Assembly: GCF_006345805.1 (NCBI RefSeq)
Contig: NC_043000.1
Location: 153,078,001-153,142,000, forward strand
Direction of reading: 5' to 3'
Origin: Octopus sinensis
Lineage: Eukaryota
Length of the DNA: 64,000 nucleotides
Below are positions 26,796 through 41,218 of this stretch, piece after piece (the first letter of the stretch is position 1; every line of letters starts with the position of its first letter). A program made the translations under genes and the position numbers. The notes under the pieces were generated by a model. That model was not told where the DNA came from. It saw only the letters and a program-made list of their open reading frames with translations, and did not search any database.

Positions 26796-27140
26796 AAACT
26801 ATATCAGTGGTTCTCAACCATTTTTAAAATCTATGAATCCCTTTAATTACTAATTTCCTCTGGTGGACCCCTATAGACATTCGAAGTTTAAAAACTAGTT
26901 TTATTAGATACTTCATTCAAAATTCCCATTTTGGTTTTCATGAGTTTACTTGTGCAGATTTGTTATAGCACTCTCTCTCGAGGGAACCTATTTCAGTAGC
27001 CACAATCATGTTGAAACTTAACTGTTTCTTGCAATAAATACATCTAAAGCAAAAAAAAAAAAAAAAATATATATATATGGACCCTAAAATACTACTGTAG
27101 ATTCTAAATTTACTATTTTGCTTACGTCAACCCCGAAGTA

Positions 27141-28417
27141 TTGGGTTGTCCGCAAAGTTCGTGCCGATTTCTAAAAGAAAAAACAAAGATCAATAAATAC
27201 TTGCCATTACATTTTAAATCAACCAAATATGAACCATTTTATTGCACAATGCATCTCCATCTTTCCTTTAACTTTCCTTTAACTCTTCCCAGAATTTAGG
27301 TGGTTTACTGGCAAAGAATTCATCAAGGTATCTTTTTACGTCATCCAAGGAATTGAAATTTTTACTATTAAGGCTATTCTGCAGAGACCTGAACAAGTGG
27401 AAATCCGAAGGAGCAATATCTGGTGAATATGGAGGGTGGAGTAGCACATCCCAGCCGAGCTGCAGCAATTTTGTCTGGTTCCCAAAGAAATGCGGTCTTG
27501 CATTATCATGTTGGAAAACAACACCCTTCCTGTTGTCCAATTCTGGATGTTGCTCTTGAATTGCTGCTTTTAACTCGTTTACTTGTGTGCAGTATTTCTC
27601 AGAATTAATTGTCTGGTTACTTGGGAGAAGCTCATAGTACAGAATTCCTTTCTAATCCCACCAGACACAAAGCAAGACTATTTTAGAGTAAAGACCCGCT
27701 TTTGGAGTGGCTAAGGGTGGCTCATGTCACTTACTCCAGGATCTCTGAACATTTCGGTGGATAATCCATTTCTCATCACCAGTCACAATTTGTTTTAATA
27801 AAGGCGCATTTTCACTCCGTTTATAAAGTGAATTACAGATGGAAATGCGATCCAAAAGGTTCTTCTCACTCAACTCATGTGGTACCCAAACATCGTAGCG
27901 ATTTGTGTACCCAAGCTTTACCAGGTGCTCATCAACGACGGGTTTTGATAGGTTGAGGTTTTCTGCCAATTATCGGGTTGTGCAATGTAGGTTATTCTCA
28001 ATTAATGACTTGATTTGGTCATCATCTGTAGTGGATGGTCTGCCTGATCGCTCTTTATCAATAAGGCTACAATCTTCAGCTCGGAACCTTGCAAGCCACT
28101 TCCGCACAGTTCTTTCGGATAAAGAAACATCACCGTAAACTGCGCGTATTTCTTTGGTTGCTTATGAAGCATTTTTTTCCTTTACGGAAAAAGAGAAGCA
28201 TCAAGTGCCAAAAATGAACTTTTTTTATCTTCCATTTCAAAGGGTTACAGAATTAACACGGGTTATAGGAACATAAACGTTCTTCTACGAAAAGATAGCT
28301 TAAACTGTGCTCTAAGTGGAGGTGTAGTCAAATCCTATTTTATGGACTCAACCATGTTCTAAAATAAGTCGAAATGTAAGCTACTATAAATCGGCACGAA
28401 CTTTCCGGACAACCCAA
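27141..28417 (-). mobile_element. Full-length mariner (DD34D) element with disrupted transposase
   Basis: 30 bp TIRs ttgggttgtccg(c/g)aaagttcgtgccgattt, TA duplications at 27139-40 and 28418-19. WVPHEL, TGDEKW, HDNARPH and YSPDIAPSDFHLF motifs. ATG at about 28235, with stops and frameshifts. Confidence 0.95.
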
Positions 28418-28479
28418 TATTTGTTTCAGTCATTAGACTGCGGACATTTAGGCAAGACTCCCTTTTGTACCGGACAACT

Positions 28480-28770
28480 CATCAGTTCACAGACAACCCC
28501 ATTTCTGCTCCGCAGACACACTTTCTTCTCGCTCTACCTTTTCTATCAATACTAATCTGGCTGTCGTTTCTTTTGGAGCTCCACGATCTTGTAACACCTG
28601 CATTCATGTATTCTTGATTCACGCATCTCTCCTTTCATCATCCATAACGTGTTCACCTTCCAGTTTCAGTTCTACGCCTAGTTCTTCTTTCTCTGAATGT
28701 TGGGTCCTCTGCAACCCTCTCTCGCCTATGTTCACGTTTTTCCAGCAAATGTACGCTTGCAACAGTTTAA
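28480..28770 (-). mobile_element. Highly degenerate RTE-like LINE 3' fragment
   Basis: Weak resemblance to the RTE C-terminus after correcting frameshifts. Confidence 0.35.
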
Positions 28771-29683
28771 ACGGAATGTAAAGGGCTTAGATGTACAGCT
28801 ACAGCTCTCGGTTTATATATATATTTAGTGAATGAGACGTGTATGAGTGTCTGTGTTTCTGTCTGTGCATGTCTGTTATCTATATCTGTTTTGGTATTAT
28901 ACATACATACATACATACATACATACATACATACATACATACATACATACATACATACATACCTATATATGGATAACATACATGCACACACAGGAACACA
29001 GACACTTATACACGTCTCGTCCACCACACATATATGCATATATATTGTGCGCACGTATGGTTGTGTGTGTGAGTGGATATACATATATATGTGTGTGTGT
29101 GTGTCTGTTCATACGTATGCGTGTGATTGTTGGAAAAGGCGGGTGAGGCGCGGTAGGGTGGAGCTAGCTATAATTGCTTTGATCTAACGTGTTCTTCCGT
29201 TTTTATTAGGGTGTGATTTGAGGGGAATTTGAAAACTATTTCCAATAGGTCAAACAAACTCGAACCGCCTTCCTCATTGACATGAGCAGTAAAGTTTCTT
29301 GCAGGTCATTTTATTAATAGATGATGATGATTATGGTGATGTCGATGATGCTGAAGATGATGTTTAGTCTCATTGAACAGAGCTATAATCAAAAGCGTTC
29401 CAGCCATAGTCTTCTCGTCTATTTGTATGTCATTGTCAAATGTATGGCTTTTTATTTAAGCCGGTTGAGCGTCATTGATAAAGGTTAGTGCAGGTGGTGA
29501 TGTTGATAGTGTGTAGTAATAGTATGTAGTGATGGTGGTAGAAGGGGCGGTGGTATTGGTGGCGATGAAATAAGTTTCATGTCGAGTGTTTTCGTGTTAA
29601 TTTTTGCATACGTGGCAGTCGTGTGACGAATGCAAAAGGGACAGGACACTGCAGTGACGGTGGTGGTGTGGAAAGAGAAATAA

Positions 29684-29743
<60 letters not shown>

Positions 29744-29959
29744 TAAGAGAGTGTGTGTCGAGATGGAGGTGTTGGTAGTTGGGTGCGTATATCAGTGCCA
29801 GTGGTGCTATGGTGGTAGTTGAGTAGAGAGTGTAGGATGGAGGTGGGAGAGAAATCAAATAATGAGATAATCAGAACATGGCACCTTCACTTTGCTATGA
29901 CGGAACCAACCCCGCTTTTTGACCTTGTTTTCATAAGTAGAGGAATAATAATAAAAATT

Positions 29960-30001
<42 letters not shown>

Positions 30002-30022
30002 GAACATACATGTATGAATGTG

Positions 30023-30069
<47 letters not shown>

Positions 30070-30319
30070 CATACATACATACAACATACATACATACATA
30101 CATACATGCATGCATACATACCTTCCTAAATAGAAAATGTAAGTGGGCGAGCTTGCATAATTATGCACGAGTAATTATGGAGAACTCAGTGGAACACTAT
30201 AGAGTTGAACTGTAACTATGCCTGACACTTGATCTCAAATACCAGATTGAGTCAAAATTTTTTTTCGTATTTCAAGCGTTAATTAATAGTTTAAACGAAT
30301 TATCTGCGAAAAGTGTTTA

Positions 30320-30700
30320 TTCATCAAAATATATCTCATCATATTCTATTGTCTGTTGCCTTCGTTGTACCAGAAACGCAATTCCATGTGTATACGAGAT
30401 AGTGAAGATGCCGACGACCGCTCGGTTCAAAGTCTCTCTTGACCGGAAATGGCCTGAACTCTTTGTATGACCACCCTCCCTGTACATAACTCCATGTCCC
30501 CCTACATGGCCTTGCTTTTGCTTTTTGAGCCAATAAAAACTGAATTGAGTTGAAACACCATTTGGCTGACTTAGAGACAAAAACTCCTTGCACTCGTTTT
30601 CAACTTCATCCATACTGTTTTGAACCTCCGTATTGTTTTTCCCTTTGAATAATTGTTCTGTCCTTTGAATAATTGTATGTTTGAAGTTGGAATGTCATGA
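30320..30700 (-). pseudogene. Possible degenerate LINE ORF1 (zinc-knuckle region)
   Basis: Pieces KWCFNS..., PCRGTWSYVQGG..H and SYTHGIAFL resemble I/Jockey-type ORF1. The Cys pattern is not intact. Confidence 0.3.
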
Positions 30701-31734
30701 TTTAATTTCCGTATTGGATACTCTGCAAATTTCGAATTCAAGAATCTTATACTTCGAAGAGATGGGTATTGAATTTTAATACAATGGTCTTTCACTAATT
30801 GCATCTACACTTCACCTTTTGCATTTGTGATGAATATCGAAGATTATGCATCACGAACATCGTATCTGACACCTGAGATAATTTATTATATTATCATTAA
30901 TTATATATCAAATTGTCTTGCATTGTATTACATAAATGACGTTGCAGATTTGCAGTACCTGAGCTGTTAAATCTGCACCAAGTAGCGCTAAGGTACTGTA
31001 TATATAAATTCTTAGTGACATCATTGTCCCTCCCAAACGAACACTTCATACAAAAGTCTTTTCTGAGATAGCGATAAAACTACTATGTGTTGCAGTACAA
31101 CGAAATGAATATCAAATACTGCATATCACACACTGTATATGTTTCTGGTATTGTATTTAGATGTAATATCTATATTTTTGTTCCTTGAATTTTGATATTT
31201 TTAATATCTTTAATACTTTAATTTCATATTTGATACTGATATAACCCTAGGCATAGTCGTTAGTCTCACCATGTTCCTTTATCTTGTATCATCTCATTTC
31301 ACTGTCTTAGTAGCTATATACCCTTCTAACTCGACTACTTCCTTGAGTCCTTGAGTTGCACTATTGCTTACACATTACATTGAAAATAACGTTTAGGCAA
31401 AGATGTTTTATAAAAAACGACTTGACCGTTTTGTATATGTCTAAGTCTCTTGGCTTCTGGTGATAGATCGGATAATTGTGGTGCTGATGGAGGCTGTTGA
31501 GCCTGAAACATGTGTTCACAAGTGGCCTCTTGTATCTAGAAAATAAGTGCTCCTTCCCCTAATGGCATGGCATGTCAGTTTTGGAGAATCTTTCCACCTT
31601 GAGATTATGTCCTCTTGTGAAGTACAGTTAGTCATAATTACCATTTGATAATTATGATACCACCACTGGAGGGCGAGATGATTTTAATAAATCAAAAAGT
31701 TTTGTTGTATACTATTTGATATATCGGTTCTTGC

Positions 31735-32989
31735 TATGTATATATCTCATAAGTTCAGTCCGATTTTATCTTTTATAAAATTAAATGAAATTTAATAGTA
31801 TTTTAGAATGTCTAATGGAATTAAAACTTATTTTATGCATTTGTGTACATTTAAACTAATTAAATATTATTTTACAGAATAATAGAATTAAAATTCTTTG
31901 ATTAACACCCTTTTTAACATGGAAATATCAATAGAACATTTGAGGCACAGCCGAAGAGACTCGAAGCATACACTCGGTTTATGGGAAAGAATGCTTGAAT
32001 GGAAAAACTTCTAGAAGAGGGTTTGCAAAATTTAGAAGTGGAGATTTCAGCCTTCAAGATGAAAATCGAACACAGGACGGCCAGTTGAGTTTGATGATAA
32101 GCTCCTTGATACATTACTTGAAGAAAATCCTGCATTATCAGTTGAAGAATTCGCAATAAAGCTTAGTTCAAACCATACAACTGTTTATCATCATCTTCAG
32201 CAACTTGGAAAGTTTCCTAAACTTGAAAAATGGGTGCCTCATGAATTGTCCGAAAGCAACAGCAAATCCCGAGTTGACATCTGCTCTTCTCTTCATTCTC
32301 GCGAACTCATTTCACCCTTTTTGGTTAGACTTGTGACTGGTGACGAAAAATGGATCTTCTATCGAAATGATAAACGTCGTAAACAGTGACTTGATAAAAG
32401 GGAAAAAAGCTCAACCACAAGCGAGAAGGGAGCTTCATGAGAAAAAGATTCTTCTCTCTATCTGGTGGGATTGCAAAGGAGTAATTCACTTTGAATTGTT
32501 ACCACCTAATGCAACAATCAATGCTCAAGTCTACTCTCAGCAATTAGAGCGTTTGAACGAAGCTTTGAAGAAAAAAAGACTCGCTTTAGTGAATCGAAAG
32601 GGAGTGATGTTTCATCAGGAAAATTCGCGATCCCACACAGCAAAGATCATATCACAGAAGATCGAAGAGCTTGGTTGGAAAAAATTCTTCATCCACCTTA
32701 TTCTCCCGACCTTGCACCATCAGACTACTATTTGTTTCGTAGTTTGCAGAATTCTTTGGGGGACGTAACTTTCGCAAGTCAAGAGGAGGTCGAAACTGAC
32801 ATTTCAGAGTTCTTCGCTTTGAAATCAAGAGAGTTTTACATTGATGGGATTGAAAAGCTTGTCAATAGATGGAAGGAAGTCATAGATAATCAGGGAAAGT
32901 ACATTGATGATTAAATTTAAATTAAATATAACGTTTGATCACTTGTTTTCTTTATTGAAAATTCAGACAGAACTTATGGGATGACCTGA
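31735..32989 (+). mobile_element. Mariner element with disrupted transposase (31919-32914)
   Basis: WVPHEL, VTGDEKW, LLSIWWDCKGVIHFELL and HPPYSPDLAPSDYYLF. Right TIR cagacagaacttatgggatgacctga+TA. Left TIR degenerate near 31745. Confidence 0.93.
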
Positions 32990-34221
32990 TACATACCACA
33001 CACACACACAAACTTACGCACATACACACACACACGCGCGCGCATACACAAACAAACATATAAATATATGTGTTTGAGTTTGAATAGAGCGATGAAGAGT
33101 ATGAGTGAAAGGAGTTAGACAAATAAATCAAATGACTAAAAAGGTAAGAAATGGGAAAGGAAAAAATATGAATCAATGTGTATGGACGTTAAAAATATAT
33201 ATCCAGTTGTTTGCTCTGGTTTTTGCATAACCGCTTTTCACGGCAAGATTTCCATTTTAAAATTTAACTATAGTCAAGTATTCTGTTTCTTTTATTGGTA
33301 ATTGGAGCCTTCGGGTTGTGTTGGTTAACGGATTCAACACAGCTTTTTACATTGTTGCTTTTCTTTAAAAATAGTTTTTTAAGTGAAGTGATTTCTTTTT
33401 AAATTGTTCCTCATCGTTTCCCCGCATCTTTTTATTGATACCATCTCTTCGTTTTCGCATTCTTTCCCTATAATTTGCAAACCTGATCTAGGAAATACCC
33501 ATTTTGTTTTTATTTGAAGTTTCAGTTTTCATTTCCTCATCAATTCTTTTATATTTCTCTTCACTTACGACTGCTCTCAGTTTCATAAATCCCATTTCAT
33601 TTCTCATTTTGTCAAGGGACAGATTTTGTTGTAGATGTTTTTTTAGTTGTTCTCCTACTTTAGTTGTAATTTTCTTGGTGAGGTCAGTGGTTTTGAGGTT
33701 AATGAACGTTCGTAAATTTCCTCTTTGTTTCAATTACTCAGCATATAAAAAACGCGAGATTGCTTTTTAAGGAAATTGCTACCAGTAGAAATAATATTCT
33801 TTTTTTTTTTTAAAACCCAAACCCAGAAATATAGGGATATGAGATGGAACCTGATTATGAGAAACTGAAAATAATTTATCATGAGAGACATTATCACCTA
33901 TACAAATAGGTATACTCGGTAAGAAATGAAATTTCCGTCAAACTTTCAAAAGTCTGAAAGATAAATTCTGTAAAAAGCGATGAAGTAAAATGGAATAGCA
34001 CTCCAAAATGAGGTAAAAATGTGGCCGTTAAAGAATTATAGAAATATATTTCAAATATTTCAATATGAACTACAGAAAGTAAACAAACAAAATTCATTGT
34101 TACTAGGCAACACTGGACATGTTTGACTAGTATAAATTAAGACAAAAAATAAAATTGATAATGAATAAAACAATCCAATAAGGGAAGTTCCGTTATGTAT
34201 GCAGAATACCTCACATATATG

Positions 34222-34527
34222 AGGAGACCCCCTTCGGTCATGACTGACCACGGGATTGCACCTAGAAAGTTAGCCTCCCAAGCACATGTCCGGGCAAGGA
34301 TGTTCATGGAAGACCATCAGTTGCCCATGTATACCGGCCTCCCCTCTTCACGCCATCAGTGTTATGCAAGGGAAAGGCAACGTGGCCGATACAGCTTGGC
34401 ACCTGTGACGTGGCAACTCATTTCTACAGCTGAGTGAACTGGAGCAACGCGAAATAAAGTGTCTTGCTTAAGAACACAACACGCAGCCCGGTCCGGGATT
34501 CGAACTCACGCTCTAACCACTGAGCCT
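34222..34527 (-). mobile_element. SINE family B variant with a longer 3' tail
   Basis: Minus-strand ggctcagtggttagagcg..ttcgaatccc head and gtgttcttaagcaagacac core. Tail also seen at 12756-12943. Confidence 0.75.
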
Positions 34528-34924
34528 TCACTAACGTTATGTTACACGAACGTTATACTAAATAGGCTACAGAACTGTATCTAATTTGAGGAAACTAGAA
34601 ACTACAATCCTGCCAAAAGTTATGAAATAACTCTCTGCTTGACAATATTTTATCGCAATTTTCAACAGATAAAGAACTGAATTATATTAGAAATTTTAAA
34701 TATAAACGAGCAACTCTCATGGCTTACCAAGAGTACACAAAAATAAATTGATCATCGAAGTATGCGAAAGGGCGAAAACTAGTTGTGAGAACATATCCTT
34801 CCCAGAGAATGATCTAAAATTGAGACCTGTCGTAATTCGTAACTATTCCTTTTTTATCATACTGTTTTTGAAATTGAGTTAAACATTTAAGGAAATTAGG
34901 TAAAAATATTTAGTGACTTTGAAA

Positions 34925-34969
<45 letters not shown>

Positions 34970-36202
34970 GAAATGAAGAAAATGCTGACAAAATAATTTA
35001 AGTAATTTAAGTAATTTAATTAGGTGAAAGTTCTTTTTACCGGTTGCGCATTTGTTATGCTTATCAAAAGATGTTTTTTTAAGAGCGATAGAGTTCCTTT
35101 CTGCTAGATTTTTTCCTCTTATCTTATATATATATATAATTTATTTTTAATTAATTTTATTCATTTAAATTTCAAGTCCTTGCCTTTCTTAACCAGAATT
35201 AAATGCTTTTTAATCTTCACTACAAGTGTCACGTTAATTAAGATGTTTTGCGTCACTGTGTTCAGTATGTTAGTCTCATCTTTATTTATCTTATATGCAG
35301 CTGGCGTCCTTGCTCACCTCAGCCATTTTATACAAACACCATGGATACGGAGTGTCTCCATAAATATAAAATATAAAATATTTGTAGTTAAATCGCTTTT
35401 GAGATAACTCTTTCAGTTAATATCAAACAACAAGCTTTACATAAGGAAATCATTAGAAATGAACAAACAACAGCTAATAGTAGATACTCGGACTCGTTAG
35501 CAGACAAAACCACAGAACTCTGTAGGGACAAATTCATTGCCACAAATATAACCAGTAAAGTATATAAACCATTCATTTTGTTTATTCTATATTAAGCAAA
35601 TACACCTTAGAAAAACGGAAGAGCTTCTATTTTTTAAAGAATCATCAAACAGGAAATATTATGTATCAGACTTAATCATGTATTAAATTTAATATGTATT
35701 ACCTTAATATACAATACAAGAAGATCAGAAATTACAAAAACCTCAATATGAAGCCATGGACCTGCTGAATGTAACGTAGATAACCGATATAATGTACAAA
35801 TTTCACTGTAAGCATAACAGTTGTACACTTCACGACTCAGACTATTATACCGGATCGTTTCTTGTCGGCCTATTTTTAATAAAGAGCTATTTAACACATT
35901 ATAATACAGATCATAATAACAGACTAGATAGGAAAACCTCCAACACATAATACAGATCATAACACAACCTAGATGAGAAAACCTTCGTTGATTACACTAC
36001 TATTGCATGTAGATTTTCACACAAGCTAGAAGAAAAGTTACTGCGGATTTAGGAGATTAGCAATCTAAGACTCGGTAATGATTATTTTATCAATTAAAAA
36101 ATCTTTTTTATGATCTTTTGATACCAAGCACAAAACCGCCCAACTATTATCTCATTATTTAATAGATGACGCCTAGAAAGTCTTGAAACATAATACACTC
36201 TC

Positions 36203-36682
36203 TCTCTCTTTTACTCTTTTACTTGTTTCAGTCATTTGACTGCGGCCATGCTGGAGCACCGCCTTTAGTCGAGCAAATCTACCCCAGGACTTGTTCTTTG
36301 TAAGCCCAGTACTTATTCTTTCGGTCTCTTTTGCCGAACTGCTAAGTGACGCAGATGTAAACACACCAGCATCGGTTGTCAAGTATATTTGTATGTATGT
36401 ATGTATGTATGTATGTATGTATGTATGTATGTATGTATGTATGTATGTATGTATGTATGTATGTATGTATGTATGTATGTATGTATGTATGTATGTATGT
36501 ATGTATGTATGTATGTATGTATGTATGTATGTATGTATGTATGCATGTATGTGTGTCTCTGTCCACCCAGCATCGCTTGAGAACCGATATTGGTGTGTTT
36601 ACTTCCCCTTAAGTTAGCGCTTCGGCAAAAGATACCAATAAAATAAGTTCTAAGCTTACAAAGAATAATTCTAGGGGTCGAT
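36203..36682. mobile_element. Chimeric SINE A: minus-strand 3' half, (TATG)n, plus-strand 3' fragment
   Basis: 36203-36383 is on the minus strand. 36384-36682 duplicates 38794-39068. Confidence 0.8.
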
Positions 36683-37523
36683 CTTTGTGCATAGATATGG
36701 CCTGGTAAACACGCGCGCGCGTTTGTGTGAGATTTATATGTGGAATTGTGTATGTATACATGTAGATGTATTTATAGAAAAAAATAATGACAATATGCAT
36801 AATTGCTCAGAGGAAGAAAATTTAATTAGAGAGACTAGAAGAAATCTGATTCCATTTCCTGTTGTTAACTCCCATGTGCAGTGCGATTGGACAGCAGTCA
36901 GTTTTTGATTTAAAGTCTCACATAGTTTCATAGTTTCCCTGGCGTATAAGGCTTAAAACAGAAGTGTAAAATGAAACATGTGTGCCTGTTGTGTACACTT
37001 TTTTTGCTGTTGTTTTGTGGCAAGCGCAATTAAGAAATTAGTCTAACGCTGAGAAAAGTTATATCAGCATTTATAGAAAGGAAGTTATTTATATATAAGG
37101 AATTATAAAACTGTACGAGACATTGCCATTTATTCGATAATAGATTTGAAACATGATTACATAAATAAGATGTTAAAGAAAATTACATATTTCGGTCCGG
37201 TAGTAATGTCTTGTCATCTGACCATCCATTGAGGAAATTTGTTTCAAATCAACAGTAATAAGTCTGTCATTTTGCCTCTGTTTAATTACCATCGTCTATA
37301 ATTTCCATCCCTCTTCATTTGTTTCTCGTTCAACAGTTACATTTTCATCCTTCTTTAATTTACTTCCACCTTTACTCTCATATTCAAAAACGAAAGTACA
37401 AATAAAAGCATATTATTGTATCCTGTTATATATAAACAATGCTGTGTTCGAGTATAATCATTTTATTAATAATCTTTCATGTTACCTTATTGATCTTTGT
37501 TTTTATTTTAAAACTATAACCGT

Positions 37524-37730
37524 ATAGGCGCAGGAGTGGCTGTGTGGTAAGTAGCTTGCTAACCAACCACATGGTTCCGGGTTCAGTTCCACTGCGTGGC
37601 ATCTTGGGCAAGTGTCTTCTGCTATAGCCCCGGGCCGACCAATGCCTTATAAGTGGATTTGGTAGACGGAAACTGAAAGACGCCTGTCGTATATATGTAT
37701 ATATATATATGTGTGTGTTTGTGTATGTGT
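37524..37730 (+). mobile_element. SINE family A, 5' half
   Basis: Head and core, truncated in the internal (TA)n. Confidence 0.88.
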
Positions 37731-37749
37731 TTATATATATATATATATA

Positions 37750-37900
37750 TATATAATATTATTTAGATTATTTATAATTGACGGATATTTGTCCTCATCT
37801 TGTTTGTTGTTAACATAACTTTTCGGCTGATATAACCCACCCGAGCCTTCATCAGGTGTCTTGGGGTAATTTCGAACCTGAGTTCTCATTCCTAAGGTAT
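37750..37900 (-). mobile_element. Short hammerhead-bearing cassette, family Y
   Basis: Minus strand acac-CTGATGA-a-ggct..agcc-GAAA-ag-TT-atgt at about 37813-37859. Lies between (TA)n and (TTG)n/(TAT)n. Confidence 0.65.
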
Positions 37901-37936
37901 TTTTCGTTGTTGTTGTTGTTCTTGTTGTTGTTCTTG

Positions 37937-38026
<90 letters not shown>

Positions 38027-38151
38027 TCACTGCCTGGAAACGAACTCGGAATCTTAAAGTCTATTCTTCAGCATATTGGCATAGAGAACTTTTTTCTTTT
38101 GCCCTTATTTATAATCATATATATGTATGTATGTGTATATATATATATAAT

Positions 38152-38206
<55 letters not shown>

Positions 38207-38410
38207 GTATATATATTGTATATATAAAACCAAGAAAGAAAGGACAAATTTCAGAAGTCAGTGTTTTTAATCACTCAATATATTTCACACCATCGCAATA
38301 CTTCTCAACATACATAGGTGCACCTATTTGTCCTCTCTTTCTCGGTTTTATATTCCTGATGCTCTATTAGAGTGCTAATTAGTTGTGTTATAATTCTCAT
38401 AATTTTTCTG

Positions 38411-38447
<37 letters not shown>

Positions 38448-38470
38448 CATATATATATGTATATATATAT

Positions 38471-38650
38471 GTAAAGTTAATCGAAACATGAAAACACCAC
38501 AACGCAAGGACGTGGAACAAGTATAGTGTTATTGGACGCTCAGGAAAGAAGGAAAGAAGGAGGATTTAACGTTTCGAGCGGAGCTCTTCGTCAGAAACAT
38601 AGGAAAAGGAAAGATCCAAAGAAGGGAAGACGGAGGAAAAAAAATCACCG
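38471..38650 (-). mobile_element. Family X hammerhead-bearing cassette
   Basis: Homologous to the other X copies. Truncated by (TA)n. Confidence 0.72.
38564..38598 (-). ncRNA. Minimal type I hammerhead ribozyme motif (intact core)
   Basis: gttt-CUGACGA-a-gagc(ucc)gcuc-GAAA-CG-UU-aaau. The ACGU palindrome would allow a dimeric stem III. Confidence 0.65.
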
Positions 38651-38939
38651 TATGTATATATATATATATATATATTTTAAAATCATAAGTATCTGATGTG
38701 AATTTGCTACATAGGTATCGGTTATCTTTCGAATTATCCTTAATAAGATAATTCATTCAATTACTCAAATATATATATATATATATATGTACGTATATTT
38801 GTATGTATGTATGTATGTATGTATGTATGTATGTATGTATGTATGTATGTATGTATGTATGTATGTATGTATGTATGTATGTATGTATGTATGTATGCAT
38901 GTATGTATGTATGTATGTATGTATGTATGCATGTATGTG

Positions 38940-39135
38940 TGTCTCTATCCACCCAGCATCGCTTGAGAACCGATGTTGGTGTGTTTACTTCCCCATAAGT
39001 TAGCGCTTCGGCAAAAGATACCGATAAAATAAGTTCCTAGCTTACAAAGAATAATTCTAGGGGTCGATTTGTTCGAGTATAACGCCCAAAGGCGTTTCTC
39101 CAGCATGGCCGCAGTCAAATGACTGAAACAATTAA
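38940..39135 (+). mobile_element. SINE family A, 3' half (older variant)
   Basis: Follows a long (TATG)n and ends gtcaaatgactgaaac. Confidence 0.8.
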
Positions 39136-40189
39136 AAGACTAAATGAATACATATATGCACATATATCTATGCATCCATTCATGTATCCATCTATCAATC
39201 CATATATATATATTAACTGGGTGTTACCTTACAAAAGTGCAACTTTTCGAAGGACGCATTAAACATTTGCACTGTTGGGAGGCACCATATATCGTCAGTG
39301 CTATAAAAGTAATATCGGCTCTGTATCTTGAACGTATTATATTTTAACTTGAATCATATTCTTTTCGATCTATGATGAAGATATATAAGGAAAACAAATA
39401 TATATATGTTTTGAAAGTGGCAATTCTCTCTCAGATATTTCTTTTAAAAAGCGTTGAAAAAACAACGGAGATTTTCTTAGAAAAGAGATTGTATTAAGTT
39501 GCCTTATGTGTAGCGATTAATAGAAGCCATGAAAATATTTGGAGAATATTGTATAACCACGAGAGTATGAAATAAATTAGCATAATAGAAAACATGATCC
39601 TGATGCAACCTTGTATATATAGTGTCACTGGAATAACTTTAAAAATGCCCTAAGTAAGGCTTTTTTCGGATATACTTTTGGAAAATTTGAAAATATATAT
39701 TAAAAAATTTCAATGATTTCAGACGTAATAGGCTCAGATTATCAGCAGAGTGGCAACGCGAAATTCAGAGTACTGACGTTTTCAGACATTCAGTAAGAAT
39801 TTATTCTAAAGAATCGTTTGCCGTTTTGAGTTCTATAATTTATTCATCTTCATGTTCGGTCATTTCTGATCTTGTCTCTTTGTTGGTCAAGGTTGATCAA
39901 ATAACGGGTCTCGTGTATACAGGTCTGGAAGTTTCCCATGCATATAATTCTCCTCTTTCCCTGCCACTGGCGTCATCTAAGTGAAAGGCGACCATCTTTG
40001 GACGGATACAGCTTGGCACCAACGTCATCGCTGGTGTTGGTGTCAGAACGCAAAGAACTAGAGCAGATATCGCATGACATCATTCCCACCGCTCTTTCAG
40101 TCGTACCACTGCGCCGTCCTTGTTGAAAAACTCACATATATACATAAACAATCCTGTCAGTACCCACCATCCACTGTAATGTTTAAAAA

Positions 40190-41010
40190 CCTGATAGCCA
40201 ATATTAATCGTGGTTTATTTTTTCTTACTGGGCACCCTGGAAATACAGCTAATGCCCCAATATGAAGGACATTGTCACTCACAAACCTGACCAAAAGACC
40301 ACTCCCAATCGTAACGGTCTAGACCCAGAAGCTTACCCCCTAGATCAGGCATGTTTTGAAGACTCAGTCATATATGAGGCTGAAGTCACAGCAGTGCTTC
40401 AAGGGAACGGAAGTGAAAAGAAAAATTATGTCGGTTTATGCGAAAGCATCTTTAAAAGACGTTATGCAAACCAGTAATCTTCTTTCCGACATATCGAGAA
40501 AAATAAAAGCCACTAAGTTGGCTAGCCACATATGGGTCTGAAGATCAACCACACACCACATGCAATCAAGTAGAGAATCGAGGAGAAATCTATTCCATAT
40601 GTAAATGGATCAAAGAGATGCAACTTATGCGCACATTCTTTTTAAGTCCAAGAATTCCACCACACTACTTATTTCCTGATATGAAATTTTCAGCAAATGC
40701 TAGCACATGGACAAATTTCCGCTGTCGAACTGGCGGAAACCATCATTTCTGAATTGAGCTGTTGTCTCATAAGCTTTTGTACTCCTAATCGTTGAATTAT
40801 TCTACACCATCTAGATTAATCATGATTTCTACGGTGAACGGGGACATAACTCTCAGTATTCTTTTTTTTGTTTGTTTCCTTTCTTTTTCCGTTTATAATC
40901 GACCCTTGTTCTCTCATTCCACTTTTTTTTCTCGTGGTTTCACATGTAACAGCGTCATGGTTTACAGGTTAAACGAATCATATGCCATGAGTCTGAAGAT
41001 TATATTTGAA
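40190..41010 (+). mobile_element. Penelope-like element 3' relic: GIY-YIG endonuclease fragment plus 3' UTR
   Basis: YPLDQACFEDSVIYEAEVT...YVGLCESIFKRRYANQ*SSFRH...PYVNGSKRCNLC. Degenerate CTGAAGA..GAATA at about 40987-41007. Confidence 0.8.
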
Positions 41011-41218
41011 TACACGTTATATATATATTAATAATTATAAGGGTAGCAAAAAATTCTAGAAAAAAATTCTCCGCTACCAGCGGTCCAGTGAGGAAGAAAA
41101 GATAGTCAAAGACTATATAATATACATTCAAAAATATAAGGAATGGCCATAATAGGACATTCGACTCACTAGAAAGAGCAGCCAAACTCAAACCGCTAAT
41201 AGTTGTAATAGTTATATA

